In this document: piece after piece, positions 55,701 through 64,000 of the stretch
How positions within the stretch are numbered: the stretch's first letter is position 1
Layout of the letters: every line of letters starts with the position of its first letter
Assembly (NCBI GenBank): GCA_038105035.1
Contig: JAYOBT010000005.1
Location: 12,676 to 76,675 of the forward strand
Origin: Candidatus Poseidoniales archaeon
Lineage (GTDB): Archaea; Thermoplasmatota; Poseidoniia; Poseidoniales; Poseidoniaceae
Direction: 5' to 3'
Length of the DNA stretch: 64,000 nt
The notes under the pieces: generated by a model
What the model saw: only the letters and a program-made list of their open reading frames with translations
What the model was told of the DNA's origin: nothing
The model's database searches: none
Made by a program: the position numbers and the translations under genes

Positions 55701-56236
55701 TGAAGGCGGAAATCGCAGCCCTTGAAGCCCAACAAGATGATGAGACCATCATGAACGATGCTTACAGGGAAGAGATTGCACAGATTCTCACTGACAAGCG
55801 TGCTCAGTACGACACTGCTTGTGACGATCCTCGTGCGAACTGCCCCGTCGAGAACATGCAATCAGGCGATTCACCAGAGGTTTCCAGTGACACCAACTGG
55901 ATGCTCATCTTGGGCATCGTTGCTGGCGTAATCTTTGTTGCACTGGCGCTTGGTTTGATGATGACCCGTCGAGGAGGCGATGACAAACTCTACGAGTCAG
56001 AAGCAGAATGGACGCAAAACACCTTGCCAATCCACGACACAGTTGCGAACTCGATGTATGGTGGTGCAGCACCAATCTTCCAACAACAACTCCCGCAACC
56101 TGCAGTCCAGCCTATGCCTCAACCTGCAGCTCCGGTTGTCGCAGGACCTCCATTGCCACCAGGCGGCCTACCAGCCGGTTGGACCATGGAACAATGGCAG
56201 CATTACGGCCAGCAATATCTCGACCGATTGCAGTAA
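52748..56236 (+). CDS. large (1,162-aa) secreted, TM-anchored surface protein: thioredoxin-fold CxxC domain, CARDB-like and cadherin-like repeats, coiled coil and a Pro-rich tail
   Basis: Signal MQISVRTMAFTIVLLFVGSLMAGLAS. Also DNCGHCS, VNPINDAPRL, TM helix WMLILGIVAGVIFVALALGLMM and a tail ending PPLPPGGLPAGWTMEQWQHYGQQYLDRLQ. Confidence 0.85.
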   Translation: MQISVRTMAFTIVLLFVGSLMAGLASEYNGIEAEALEEETVVQNPSQATSPGHVVFGQYISSDNCGHCSKTGGGSDAHHAIKQNHPDEYVYVTYMSASYGDTDTARAGNVAPYNWPWTTGGAPDAYFGDRTDKRQSGASANYDTYDQQFSSGGGMHSTVNDYGMTAAISQSGTNYNIDITYKYTGSGSAASNMKLYAALVDKDCTGYSYTSGIPHGYNCWMAWLTSGDTYKSKSSGSGSAFASVTPTSTSQSVSWTSVPAAVVPGGLSKAIVVGVLMSGNTVSVGGSSPHVYHAIDSTMGPKMDLSIPSFTATSTAGASYVRGDIITLDATVANSGDLEYNSGGSVDFYYVINGNKNYIGQGTPINTLTTSGASQTMTAQATFDTSVLPTNGWKTVFGVELSTSGESVTSNNQATTELDHDRPPTSKTPQVIGTSDISRGQYFSVLAKGDADDNVDSVDTMSFDVEISEAGKGQWTGAVVTGGDNILYLGSANEGREYSVLPTMDMPAGLYDLRSRTVDARGQTSGWSMAYDAFNLMNAPPSITPNQVNPVPCDISTKVDLTGVVSDPETPLSDLTITSNDASFVGWHPATTEIEVLFAWSPTQGCPLGQQGIEIFMDDGGDYTAQGQLPYGTLLFNVIENGQPRWQALPTQIVDEGAMGTLSLLPFLSDTDDEGNSAPASSLSLEIISTTNSDVFDVYLDITNIVFETLDDDVNGEVTVTLRASDGEQYSDQTLLIKVNPINDAPRLDLTGLEETTQKLGTQRVINLMALLTDVDDPANEAFITVSSDEQGAAKYNPIDGTMTLNFQTSGLHTVTMNTIDRYDSNTYTITVDVFDSYPLYITKTDDGSGHFYVEMENTYIDQIPTANIFLTDLAPTFTVIETTWNICNEETGTCDGLYEENLDITRSLVGWSTELNIPSIFMPDQSARPSGSVYKDYYQLTITASDTNGDDYKTVAGVKWDILEELPAPVDMDDDMLTSYIDQLKAEIAALEAQQDDETIMNDAYREEIAQILTDKRAQYDTACDDPRANCPVENMQSGDSPEVSSDTNWMLILGIVAGVIFVALALGLMMTRRGGDDKLYESEAEWTQNTLPIHDTVANSMYGGAAPIFQQQLPQPAVQPMPQPAAPVVAGPPLPPGGLPAGWTMEQWQHYGQQYLDRLQ

Positions 56237-56303
56237 TTGAGCAATCAGTCAATCCCTATGGCTTATGCTAAAGTCCTAAAGGGGAGGAGAGTGAGGAATC
56301 ATT

Positions 56304-58340
56304 ATGTCAGAGGACGACCCTGTTGAGGATGTCATCGTGGATGATGACTCTGAAATGGTTACTGTTTGGGCACCTGAGCCAACAAACGACGCTGACGACC
56401 TGCTCTCTTCAAGCATCGATCAGTGGATTGATGATGTTAATTTTGAAACAACCGAAGATGTCCCAATCCCCGACCGATTGGTTGATCAGGTCATTGGACA
56501 AGAAGCAGGTTCTGTTGTTATTCGCAAGGCAGCTGAACAGCGTCGACACATGCTGATGATTGGCGATCCGGGTACCGGTAAATCGATGCTTGCTCGTTCG
56601 ATGACGGACCTTTTGCCTCAAGATGCTCTCGAAGATGTTCTCGTTTATCCGAACGAGGACGATGAAAATGAACCTCGCGTTCGCTCCGTCCCAGCGGGAC
56701 GCGCAGAACGCATTGTTCGAATCCAAAAAGAAGCTATCCGTGAACAAAAGGAAAAAGCACAGCGTATGCTTCTCATAGGATTCGGTGCTGTTGCGTTCCT
56801 CTTGGTTATCGTCGCCATTCCGACTGGGGATATTTTGACACTCTTGTTTGGTATGTTCCTGTTGATGTTCGGTTACATGTTCATTCGAAGTCGACTCGGC
56901 TCTGGTGATGAAGGACGTATCCCGAAGGTTCTCGTGAAACACGATTTGGACGAGAGGCCACCGTTCGTCGACGCAACTGCTACCCTTTCTGGATCCCTTC
57001 TGGGAGATGTCCGTCACGATCCGTTCCAATCTGGTGGTATGGAAACCCCTGCACACGATCGAGTCGAGCCTGGTGCCATTCACCGTGCCAACAAAGGTGT
57101 TCTCTACATCGACGAGATCAACCTGCTTCGACTTGAAGAACAACAAGCACTCCTCACGGCCATGCAAGAACGTGCCTTCCCAATTTCTGGTCGCTCCGAG
57201 CGTTCCTCTGGAGCGTTAACCAAGACCGAACCAGTTCCGTGCGACTTTATTCTCATCGCTGCAGGCAACCTTGATGCAATCCAAGGTATGCATCCTGCAC
57301 TGCGAAGTCGTATCCGTGGGTATGGGTATGAGGTTTACGTGAATTCAGAAATGCCTGATACCAACCGTAACCGAAAGCGCTTGATTCGTTTCATTGCACA
57401 GGAAGTTCGCCGCGATATGGGCAGCACCAGAGAGATTCCTCACTTTGATAAGTCGGGTGTTGGATTGATTCTACGTGAAGCCCAACGCCGTGCAGGTCGT
57501 CGAGGTAAACTCTCCCTGCGTCTCCGTGAACTGGGAGGCTTGGTCCGAATTGCAGGAGATCTCGCTGCTGAAGATGGTGCCCCATACGTCACGGATGCTC
57601 ACGTTCTTGCAGCGCGCTCGATTGCTAAGCCACTCGAGCAACAAGTTGCAGACCGAATGATTGAGCGACGTTTGGACTACGCTCTTATCGTCAATTCTGG
57701 CAACCGAATTGGACGTGTAAACGGTCTAGCCGTGCTTGGTGCGAATTCTGGTCTTTCCGATTTTTCAGGCATCATGTTGCCTGTTGAAGCACTTGTTACA
57801 CCATCCCAAGGCGGTGGTGGAAAAATTCACGCTACAGGTGGTTTGAGCGACCTTGCCAAAGAGAGTGTCACCAACGTGAGCGCGGTCATCAAGAAACTTA
57901 CAGGCAAGGATGTCTCTGATTACGATATCCACATTCAGTTTGTTGATACACACGGTGTTGATGGCGATTCTGCTTCAATTACGATTGCAACGGCCATCAT
58001 TTCTGCGCTTGAAAACATTCCAATTCGTCAGGATCTTGCCATGACTGGCTCACTCTCGGTTCGTGGAGAAGTTCTGCCAATTGGTGGTGTCACAGCGAAA
58101 ATCGAAGCGGCTGCTCGTGCAGGCGTCAAGACGGTGGTCATTCCTCGCTCGAACATGCAGGATGTATTGTTGGATGAACAATTTGAAGGTAAAATTGAGG
58201 TCATTGCAGTCGATACATTGGATGAAGTCATGGAGCATGCACTCATCACACACGAGCAAAAGCAGAGCCTCGTCGAGCGTCTTGGCTCGGTCATCGACCG
58301 CTTGACGCCTGAATTGACAGGTCCTACAACCTCGATTTGA
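56304..58340 (+). CDS. lonB: archaeal membrane-bound Lon protease (LonB)
   Basis: Walker [12 protein letters not shown]. Two TM helices are inserted in the AAA+ domain ([18 protein letters not shown]...LLMFGYMFI). The protease domain has GDSASI and a downstream Lys. GGAGGAGAGTGAGG lies upstream. Confidence 0.9.
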   Translation: MSEDDPVEDVIVDDDSEMVTVWAPEPTNDADDLLSSSIDQWIDDVNFETTEDVPIPDRLVDQVIGQEAGSVVIRKAAEQRRHMLMIGDPGTGKSMLARSMTDLLPQDALEDVLVYPNEDDENEPRVRSVPAGRAERIVRIQKEAIREQKEKAQRMLLIGFGAVAFLLVIVAIPTGDILTLLFGMFLLMFGYMFIRSRLGSGDEGRIPKVLVKHDLDERPPFVDATATLSGSLLGDVRHDPFQSGGMETPAHDRVEPGAIHRANKGVLYIDEINLLRLEEQQALLTAMQERAFPISGRSERSSGALTKTEPVPCDFILIAAGNLDAIQGMHPALRSRIRGYGYEVYVNSEMPDTNRNRKRLIRFIAQEVRRDMGSTREIPHFDKSGVGLILREAQRRAGRRGKLSLRLRELGGLVRIAGDLAAEDGAPYVTDAHVLAARSIAKPLEQQVADRMIERRLDYALIVNSGNRIGRVNGLAVLGANSGLSDFSGIMLPVEALVTPSQGGGGKIHATGGLSDLAKESVTNVSAVIKKLTGKDVSDYDIHIQFVDTHGVDGDSASITIATAIISALENIPIRQDLAMTGSLSVRGEVLPIGGVTAKIEAAARAGVKTVVIPRSNMQDVLLDEQFEGKIEVIAVDTLDEVMEHALITHEQKQSLVERLGSVIDRLTPELTGPTTSI

Positions 58341-58389
58341 TTCCCTGATTGAAGCATGACTTCAAAGGGAGGGCTACCTCCAGTCAAAT

Positions 58390-59736
58390 ATGGATGATGA
58401 TGCCCACACTCCATCCACTATGGATGCAGGCAAGGGGGCATTGGTCGTTCTCTTCCTCGTTACCATGATTGATATGATCGGTTTTGGTATTGTTATTCCA
58501 TTCTTGACATATCTGGTTGAAGACTTGGCTGCTGCCGAAAACATCACCTCAACTGGGATTTGGGTTGGTTTGCTGATGACCTCGTATTCAGCCGCTCAAT
58601 TTCTCTTCTCTCCGGTTTGGGGAAGCCTGAGCGACCGTATTGGTCGTCGCCCAGTACTAATGATAGGTTTGGTAGGGAATACGGTCTTCTTTACCATGTT
58701 TGGTCTTGCAAACACGTTGTTGATGGCCCTTGTAGCTCGGTTTCTCGCAGGTGTATTCAATGGGAACATCGCTGTTGCTCGTGCTTACATTGGCGACGTT
58801 AGTACACCGAAGCAGCTCGCTACCCGAATGGGGCTTATTGGAGCAGCCTTCGGACTTGGATTCACGATTGGACCTTTCCTAGGGGGTGAACTCTCGGCAC
58901 CCGCTGAGCGATGGGATGTGTTTACTGGAACCATCCTTGAAACGTATCCTTATCTCTTACCTTGTCTCTTAGCGAGCGTACTTTCCATCGTGTCCCTTCT
59001 TTTGGCGTTTCGATATCTCCCTGAATCCCTCGCTCCTGAATCGCGCTCCAATCGTACAACACAAACGTGGAGTGTGACCATGAAACGAACAGCTTCCAAT
59101 GTACAGCGAATGCTCGGTACCAAAAACATCGGTTCACTCATGTGGGTTACGTTCCTCTACATGTTTGGCTTCACGGTTATGCACGCCGTTTTCATCCTCT
59201 ACACGCAGATGGATCCTTCGACGGGGGGTCTCGGATTCAGTGAGGCAGATAATGGACGAATTTTCGCTTTGATAGGCATTCTAGGCATCGTTACACAAGG
59301 AGGCCTTATTGGACCTCTCTCGCGGAAATATGGTTCCTTGTTCATCCTACGGTTCGGGTCGGTTCTCTCAGGAATTGGCCTTGTGTTGATTCCATATTCA
59401 TCGTTGGACTTTGTTTGGACATGGATGATCATCATCACGGGATGCATCGCTATTGGAAACGGTCTGTTTCAACCATCATCGAGCACGCTTCTCACATCGT
59501 TAGCACGCCGAGATGATTACGAATTGGGTGCAGTTATGGGTTCACAAGAATCACTTTCATCCTTTGCTCGAATCTTAGGTCCTCTGACTGGGGGATATGT
59601 ATGGACGGTAACGGTGAACCGTACTGGATTCTTCGATTACCACACTGCATTCCACATCTGTGGCGTATTGATGCTCCTCGCTTTTCTTCTCTCCTTCAAA
59701 GTTGAATTTTCTCAGGCTGAGGAGACGTCACAATAA
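58390..59736 (+). CDS. MFS transporter (drug/H+ antiporter-like)
   Basis: 12 TM helices with the MFS loop motif GSLSDRIGRRPVLM. Confidence 0.85.
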   Translation: MDDDAHTPSTMDAGKGALVVLFLVTMIDMIGFGIVIPFLTYLVEDLAAAENITSTGIWVGLLMTSYSAAQFLFSPVWGSLSDRIGRRPVLMIGLVGNTVFFTMFGLANTLLMALVARFLAGVFNGNIAVARAYIGDVSTPKQLATRMGLIGAAFGLGFTIGPFLGGELSAPAERWDVFTGTILETYPYLLPCLLASVLSIVSLLLAFRYLPESLAPESRSNRTTQTWSVTMKRTASNVQRMLGTKNIGSLMWVTFLYMFGFTVMHAVFILYTQMDPSTGGLGFSEADNGRIFALIGILGIVTQGGLIGPLSRKYGSLFILRFGSVLSGIGLVLIPYSSLDFVWTWMIIITGCIAIGNGLFQPSSSTLLTSLARRDDYELGAVMGSQESLSSFARILGPLTGGYVWTVTVNRTGFFDYHTAFHICGVLMLLAFLLSFKVEFSQAEETSQ

Positions 59737-59766
59737 ATTCAAACGTAATGTCGAAGAGAGCACCGT

Positions 59767-61191
59767 ATGGACGGACAGGAGTCTATGTTTGACAACGAGA
59801 CGTTCCACAAGCGTCTCGGCAATCTTGCATTCGCAGCAATCCTTCTGACCTTGCTCACGGTTTGGATGATTGAACTAAAGGGAATTTTCCAACCGTTTTT
59901 CATTGCCTTAGGGATTTATTTTGTCCTCAAACCTGGTTCTGATTATTTGTCCAAGAATGGGTTTCCCGTTGGGCTCTCCTATCTTACAATGCTTCTTTCA
60001 GCGTTTTTGATTATCGTTGCAGCTGGCTATCTTGCCTTCGACCAAGTCAGTGATCTTGCTGATGATGAAGATCGAATCAAGCAGTACAATCAGAAGTTGG
60101 ATAAGCGTTGGGATCAACTGAAAGGTACGCCTGTTGTCGGTTCCTCTATCACTGAATCCTTGAATTCAACCAATGGAACTTTCACAGAAGATTTGGCAGA
60201 GATGGGTCTTCTTTCCAATGATTCAGGCATTGCAGATCTCGTAGGAGGGGTCGTCTCAAGCGTTGGAAGCATGCTGGGGATGGGTCTAACTGTGACCTTT
60301 TTCCTGATTTTCATTATCTTTGAAGCGAACTTCTTGCCTGGACGAATCGAACGTGCTTGGCCTGGTGGCGTTTCCGGTCGTGTCCAAGACATGCAGATAC
60401 AGATTCAGGAGAGTATCAATACATACGTCATCGTCAAAACTGGTGTTGGTTTCGGTACGGCTGGAATTACCGGTATCATTCTATTTTTGTTTGGAATCGA
60501 TCTTTGGTTCACATGGGCTTTGTTGACCTTCATTCTGAATTACGTCCCTTACATTGGTTCCCTGATTGCAACCATCCCTCCACTCATTCTTGGATTTGTG
60601 ACGCTTGTACCGCTCGCATGGTTTGTATTGCTGATTTTGCTGGTTTCCAACCAGCAGCTCTGGGGAAGCATCATTGAGACAAAATGGGCTGGGCGTGCAC
60701 TGGACATCTCTCCGGTCTTGTTGCTTCTGACGACTGCATATTCCTACTGGGTTTGGGGTATTCTCGGCATGGTATTGGTTGTTCCATTCACGGTCATTTT
60801 CAAGATTGTACTCGAAAACATCGAACCAACTCGCCCGATTGCAATCCTCCTTGCAGAACGAGCACCATCCATAGATGAGGCTTGGAAAGAGGCCATGAAA
60901 GATGGTCGAATCTCGAGTCATGAAAGCCGTTCGTTAGAAGAACTTCAACGCATTTTGGGACTAAGCGACCGCCAGATGAGCAAGGTTGCAGCAAAACACG
61001 CCATTGAGCGTTCCCTCAAGCGAAACCGAATTACAGCAGAACAATATTCATTCATCCAAGATGCCGCTTCCTTGTATGACAACGATGCTTATGTCCTTCA
61101 ACTCAACAACATTGATGTGGAATCAGGACGATTGAAGAAATCCAACAGGATGGTTTTGCAATCCATCTATGATTTGCTGGAAGAAGAGTAA
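59767..61191 (+). CDS. AI-2E/PerM (UPF0118) family transporter with a ~115-aa C-terminal extension
   Basis: LNYVPYIGSLIATIPP is the family hallmark. The multi-TM core is followed by a soluble helical tail. Confidence 0.8.
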   Translation: MDGQESMFDNETFHKRLGNLAFAAILLTLLTVWMIELKGIFQPFFIALGIYFVLKPGSDYLSKNGFPVGLSYLTMLLSAFLIIVAAGYLAFDQVSDLADDEDRIKQYNQKLDKRWDQLKGTPVVGSSITESLNSTNGTFTEDLAEMGLLSNDSGIADLVGGVVSSVGSMLGMGLTVTFFLIFIIFEANFLPGRIERAWPGGVSGRVQDMQIQIQESINTYVIVKTGVGFGTAGITGIILFLFGIDLWFTWALLTFILNYVPYIGSLIATIPPLILGFVTLVPLAWFVLLILLVSNQQLWGSIIETKWAGRALDISPVLLLLTTAYSYWVWGILGMVLVVPFTVIFKIVLENIEPTRPIAILLAERAPSIDEAWKEAMKDGRISSHESRSLEELQRILGLSDRQMSKVAAKHAIERSLKRNRITAEQYSFIQDAASLYDNDAYVLQLNNIDVESGRLKKSNRMVLQSIYDLLEEE

Positions 61192-61458
61192 TCACAGAAT
61201 ATCTGTGAGAATTTTCTCAAGTTCAGTGTTGATCATGAGGATGAGCGTTCCGAATTCAGGTGGAATGTTTGGATCTTCGTACAACTCTTCAAGCTTGGAT
61301 TGAGACATGGCAATTCGAACATCGAGTTTCTTGCTCTTGTTGAGCAACCAGTTGTCACAGGTTTCTTTTGCTTGCTTGCGAATGTTCCGTGGAACCTTTG
61401 GGTCATCGATTTGGTTGATGACGGTTGCAACTTGTTGTAGTCGTGTCTCAACGTCCAT
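61192..61458 (-). CDS. UPF0147-family small archaeal protein
   Basis: IDDPKVPRNIRKQAKETCDNWL matches the D.sVPRNIR core I recall for UPF0147. Start set at Met 61458 (88 aa); 61518 is possible. The track ORF extends to 61734 and overlaps the divergent peptidase gene. Confidence 0.55.
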   Translation of the reverse strand: MDVETRLQQVATVINQIDDPKVPRNIRKQAKETCDNWLLNKSKKLDVRIAMSQSKLEELYEDPNIPPEFGTLILMINTELEKILTDIL

Positions 61459-61537
61459 CTCATCAGCCCCTGGAAAGCCCAATACTTCCTTCTTGTCGTG
61501 GGCCGTCTTTAAGGTCATTGGCGACGTGGACACATCA

Positions 61538-62536
61538 ATGGATGTCGATTCCGATACCATTCTTGGGTGGGCACGGATGGGTGTCCTCATCATCTGTATG
61601 GGATGGGCTGCATGGTTCGACCACAAGGAACGTCGTGTTTCGAACGAACATTGGATGGTCTGGACAAAACCGATTGTCTTCATCTGGACTCTTGATTTAT
61701 TGATGCAAGCCCCCCATTGGTCGGTTTGGCTCACCGCCTCTGCACTTCTCGCATATGCCAGTGGTTCTGTTCTCGGCAGGCCTACACTGAAGGATGCTCG
61801 ACAAGGAAATCGAATGGATCAATTTGTTCTTTTGTGGTATCTTCTTTCTGTGGTTGGATTGATTGCTGGAGCATTACGGTTCATGGAGGTCTCTCCCCTT
61901 GATGTTCTCATTGGTGAAGCATCAACGGAGGCAACCTTGTGGTGGTCGTACATTGGAGCGATGTTTACACTGATTGTCATCGACATCGCTTGGAGATTCA
62001 GATTCATTCATGGTGGAGCAGACGCAAAGGCGCTGATGTGGGTTACTTTGCTCTTCCCTTCATGGGCAGAAGTACCGGTTTATTCAGATACTGCCATGGC
62101 CGAGATCGTATTGCATCTCCCTCCATCACTGAGCCTTTTGATTTGGGGCGGATTTTTGTTCGTGCTCATCCCATTCGTTTTGTTGTTGAGAAACATTGCA
62201 ACAGGTTCTGTAAGGAACGTATCGGATATTCTCATGGCATGGATGTCTCTTTCAGTACCGTTAGCATCTGTCCGTGAGAGGCATGTTTGGATTCTTTCCG
62301 ATACGATGGATATGCCGAGTGGTGAGACAGTACTGATTCACAAAAAGCGAGCACCACGAAGAACTCCAACGGATGAGGAGATGAGCGAGCACATCAAGCG
62401 TCTCGAAGAAATGGGAACTGAACGAATTTGGGTCAGTCTGAAACTACCCCTTCTGTTGTTCTTGTTCCCAGCAATCATACCATTTTGGTTGATTGGGGAT
62501 CCAATGGCAGCCATTCTGCCTTTGCTATTACCGTGA
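61538..62536 (+). CDS. A24-family aspartic peptidase (archaeal prepilin/preflagellin peptidase, PibD/FlaK-like)
   Basis: The first catalytic Asp lies in AAWFDHKERRVSNEHW and the second in IHGGADAKALMW (GxxDxK). Polytopic membrane protein. Start set at Met 61538. Confidence 0.65.
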   Translation: MDVDSDTILGWARMGVLIICMGWAAWFDHKERRVSNEHWMVWTKPIVFIWTLDLLMQAPHWSVWLTASALLAYASGSVLGRPTLKDARQGNRMDQFVLLWYLLSVVGLIAGALRFMEVSPLDVLIGEASTEATLWWSYIGAMFTLIVIDIAWRFRFIHGGADAKALMWVTLLFPSWAEVPVYSDTAMAEIVLHLPPSLSLLIWGGFLFVLIPFVLLLRNIATGSVRNVSDILMAWMSLSVPLASVRERHVWILSDTMDMPSGETVLIHKKRAPRRTPTDEEMSEHIKRLEEMGTERIWVSLKLPLLLFLFPAIIPFWLIGDPMAAILPLLLP

Positions 62537-62539
62537 GGA

Positions 62540-62689
62540 TCAGTTGCCCTTACGCTCGATGTTCTTCCATCGTAGGCCCTTGTAGCCACACTTTCTGCAG
62601 CGTGCGGCACGTGCAGCGTTTCGAGCGTTACACTTCATGCAAATCTTGCGCACAAGCATACGAGCCTCTGCTTCAGGAAATCGTGCCAT
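62540..62689 (-). CDS. rpl40e: 50S ribosomal protein L40e
   Basis: Not in the ORF track (49 aa). The reverse strand reads [49 protein letters not shown], with the CxxC...CxxC zinc-ribbon typical of L40e. Confidence 0.85.
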   Translation of the reverse strand: MARFPEAEARMLVRKICMKCNARNAARAARCRKCGYKGLRWKNIERKGN

Positions 62690-62710
62690 GCATTGGCGAC
62701 CAACTTCCTC

Positions 62711-62717
62711 TATTTAA
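62711..62717. promoter_or_regulatory. candidate shared TATA box (TATTTAA)
   Basis: Centred 25 nt upstream of the rpl40e ATG (leaderless spacing) and about 37 nt upstream of the divergent 62751 gene. Confidence 0.35.
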
Positions 62718-62750
62718 CCGCAACCACCATAACCGAGACAACCGGATGGC

Positions 62751-63572
62751 ATGATTCAAACACTTGACGGCATACCGGGATTCATGCGCATCGTGCGTCT
62801 TCCAGGAATTCATCACGATGCGAATGCGGTCTTGTTGATGGATTCAAAGGAAGCCATTCTCATTGATTCTGGGACCGCTTGGTATCAACTGCTCCAACAA
62901 GAACGCATTGTCGGGCAGCTTGGTGATGAATTGCAATTAATAGAAATCGTACTCACATCTCGACGCTACCCTTTCAGTGGAGGTAGTGCGTCGATTTCAG
63001 AGCGATTTGGGAATATTCCAATCAAAGCCCACGCATCAGCGATATCTTCACTTGCAACGGGTGATTTTTTCACAACATGGGCCAACAGATTTGACTCGGA
63101 TATGCCTGTTGTGAATGCAATGGAATTGGAGATTCACCGAGAATCAATGCTCGACGGTCAAACCATCGAATTCATCGAAGCACCAGGTCCGAGCAGTTGC
63201 AATCTCATGGTCTACATTCCATCCGCAAAGACGGTCATTGCAGGTGCATTGCTTCCAAGGGCAGACCGGCCAATGCGCTGGGATGTACCAACGGGCAATC
63301 TCATCGATGGAAAAGAGAGTCTTGAGGTTTTGAAATCACTCGGCGCAGAGAAACTGATTCCAATGCATGGGCCGAGTATCAAAGGACATGATCACATTTC
63401 TGAAACGATACAACGGCACATAACAATGCTCGAGAGTATTATTCAAGATCAAGGCGTCCTACCACGCTCATGGCCCAAACCTGCTCATACTTCGCTGTGG
63501 CATGAACCAGTGCCTTCTTGGCCAAGAGTTGAGCAAGAAACCAATCAGGCCGATGGTAACAATCTGAGTTGA
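62751..63572 (+). CDS. metallo-beta-lactamase-fold protein lacking the canonical metal ligands
   Basis: MBL-like blocks AILIDSG, IVLTSRRYPFSGG (in place of THxHxDHxGG), APGPSSC (in place of PGHTxG) and IPMHGP. Confidence 0.55.
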   Translation: MIQTLDGIPGFMRIVRLPGIHHDANAVLLMDSKEAILIDSGTAWYQLLQQERIVGQLGDELQLIEIVLTSRRYPFSGGSASISERFGNIPIKAHASAISSLATGDFFTTWANRFDSDMPVVNAMELEIHRESMLDGQTIEFIEAPGPSSCNLMVYIPSAKTVIAGALLPRADRPMRWDVPTGNLIDGKESLEVLKSLGAEKLIPMHGPSIKGHDHISETIQRHITMLESIIQDQGVLPRSWPKPAHTSLWHEPVPSWPRVEQETNQADGNNLS

Positions 63573-64000
63573 GCCTCTGCCTCACGACGTTGAGCCTCAT
63601 TCGCCTTCTTCTCCCGCATTCTACGTAGCATGAGATTGTCTCCAAACGATGTTGAGGCATCTTTCCGATTGGCAAGGGTTCCATCATGGTTGTAGACGCA
63701 CTGTTCCCAACCGGATTGGATACGGATGATACCACGTTCACTTCGTATGGACGATACAGAACGATTTGTCTCGAACAGGAGTGTGGCTTTACATCCTGCA
63801 TCTACAGTGAAGATGCGTCCTTCTGCATCGGCTATGAGAAGTTGAGATTGTTCGTTCATGCACATGGATCGCAATGGTGTATGACTGATGGTTGAAGTAG
63901 ATACGAGCGTGAACTCAGGGAGCTGTACAATATGGAGTTGACCGAGTTTGTCCCCAACATAAAGTTTGGAGAGAGCGACGTCGTCTTCCTTGACGCCAAG
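63545..64000 (-). CDS. hypothetical protein; 5' end outside window
   Basis: The reading frame stays open on the minus strand from 64000 down to the stop at 63545. The TTG at 63874 listed in the track is probably internal. Beta-strand-rich sequence; I did not recognise a family. Confidence 0.4.
   Translation of the reverse strand, partial: LGVKEDDVALSKLYVGDKLGQLHIVQLPEFTLVSTSTISHTPLRSMCMNEQSQLLIADAEGRIFTVDAGCKATLLFETNRSVSSIRSERGIIRIQSGWEQCVYNHDGTLANRKDASTSFGDNLMLRRMREKKANEAQRREAEAQLRLLPSA

Noticed and set aside
56409-57167. A 252-aa ORF antisense to lonB.
   Set aside because: It is fully contained in the strongly supported LonB CDS. It has no recognisable motifs and is a shadow ORF.
61307-61734. 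Mutually overlapping 5' extensions of the UPF0147 ORF (to 61734) and the A24 peptidase ORF (from 61307).
   Set aside because: The two extensions are translations of each other's coding strands. Internal Met codons (61458/61518 and 61538) give products of family-typical length with a short divergent spacer.
1-64000. A search for CRISPR arrays, rRNA genes, transposases/integrases flanking the two tRNA genes, and known defence-system genes.
   Set aside because: I saw no short direct repeats with regular spacers, no rRNA-like stretches, and no integrase, transposase, helicase-nuclease or toxin-antitoxin-like ORFs. The neighbours of both tRNAs are housekeeping genes.

Overview
The window is a very gene-dense archaeal chromosomal segment. 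Archaeal identity rests on the PolD small subunit, RFC small subunit, Pelota, GatD, membrane-bound LonB, TrmI, ribosomal protein L40e, an intron-containing tRNA, and an archaeal type IV pilin plus an A24 peptidase. The gene content would fit a Thermoplasmatota / Marine Group II-like lineage, but that is only an inference. I saw no CRISPR array, rRNA, transposase or integrase.

Housekeeping genes are interspersed with three accessory themes:
- Five very large proteins share one layout: signal peptide, huge ectodomain, a single C-terminal TM helix, then an acidic tail. Their coordinates are 10721-13426, 18870-28037, 28046-30640, 47856-51842 and 52748-56236. Together they cover 21,945 nt, about 34% of the window. 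One has a seven-fold ~0.98-kb super-repeat, and several have unusual Trp-rich, Pro-rich or zinc-ribbon cytoplasmic tails.
- A glycoside/nucleic-acid scavenging locus (30637-34400) contains a GH1 glycosidase fused in frame to a sugar-1-phosphate nucleotidyltransferase. Next to it are a short galactokinase-like kinase and a membrane-anchored homolog of eukaryote-type DNase I with its catalytic motifs intact.
- A ring-cleavage-like module (35369-42928) contains a LigB-type extradiol dioxygenase and a His-depleted LigB paralog fused to a RidA-type deaminase domain. It also has a hydroxy/aminomuconic-semialdehyde-type ALDH, preceded by a luciferase-like monooxygenase and an asparaginase-II-family enzyme.

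All family assignments come from motif recognition by eye. None was verified by a search.
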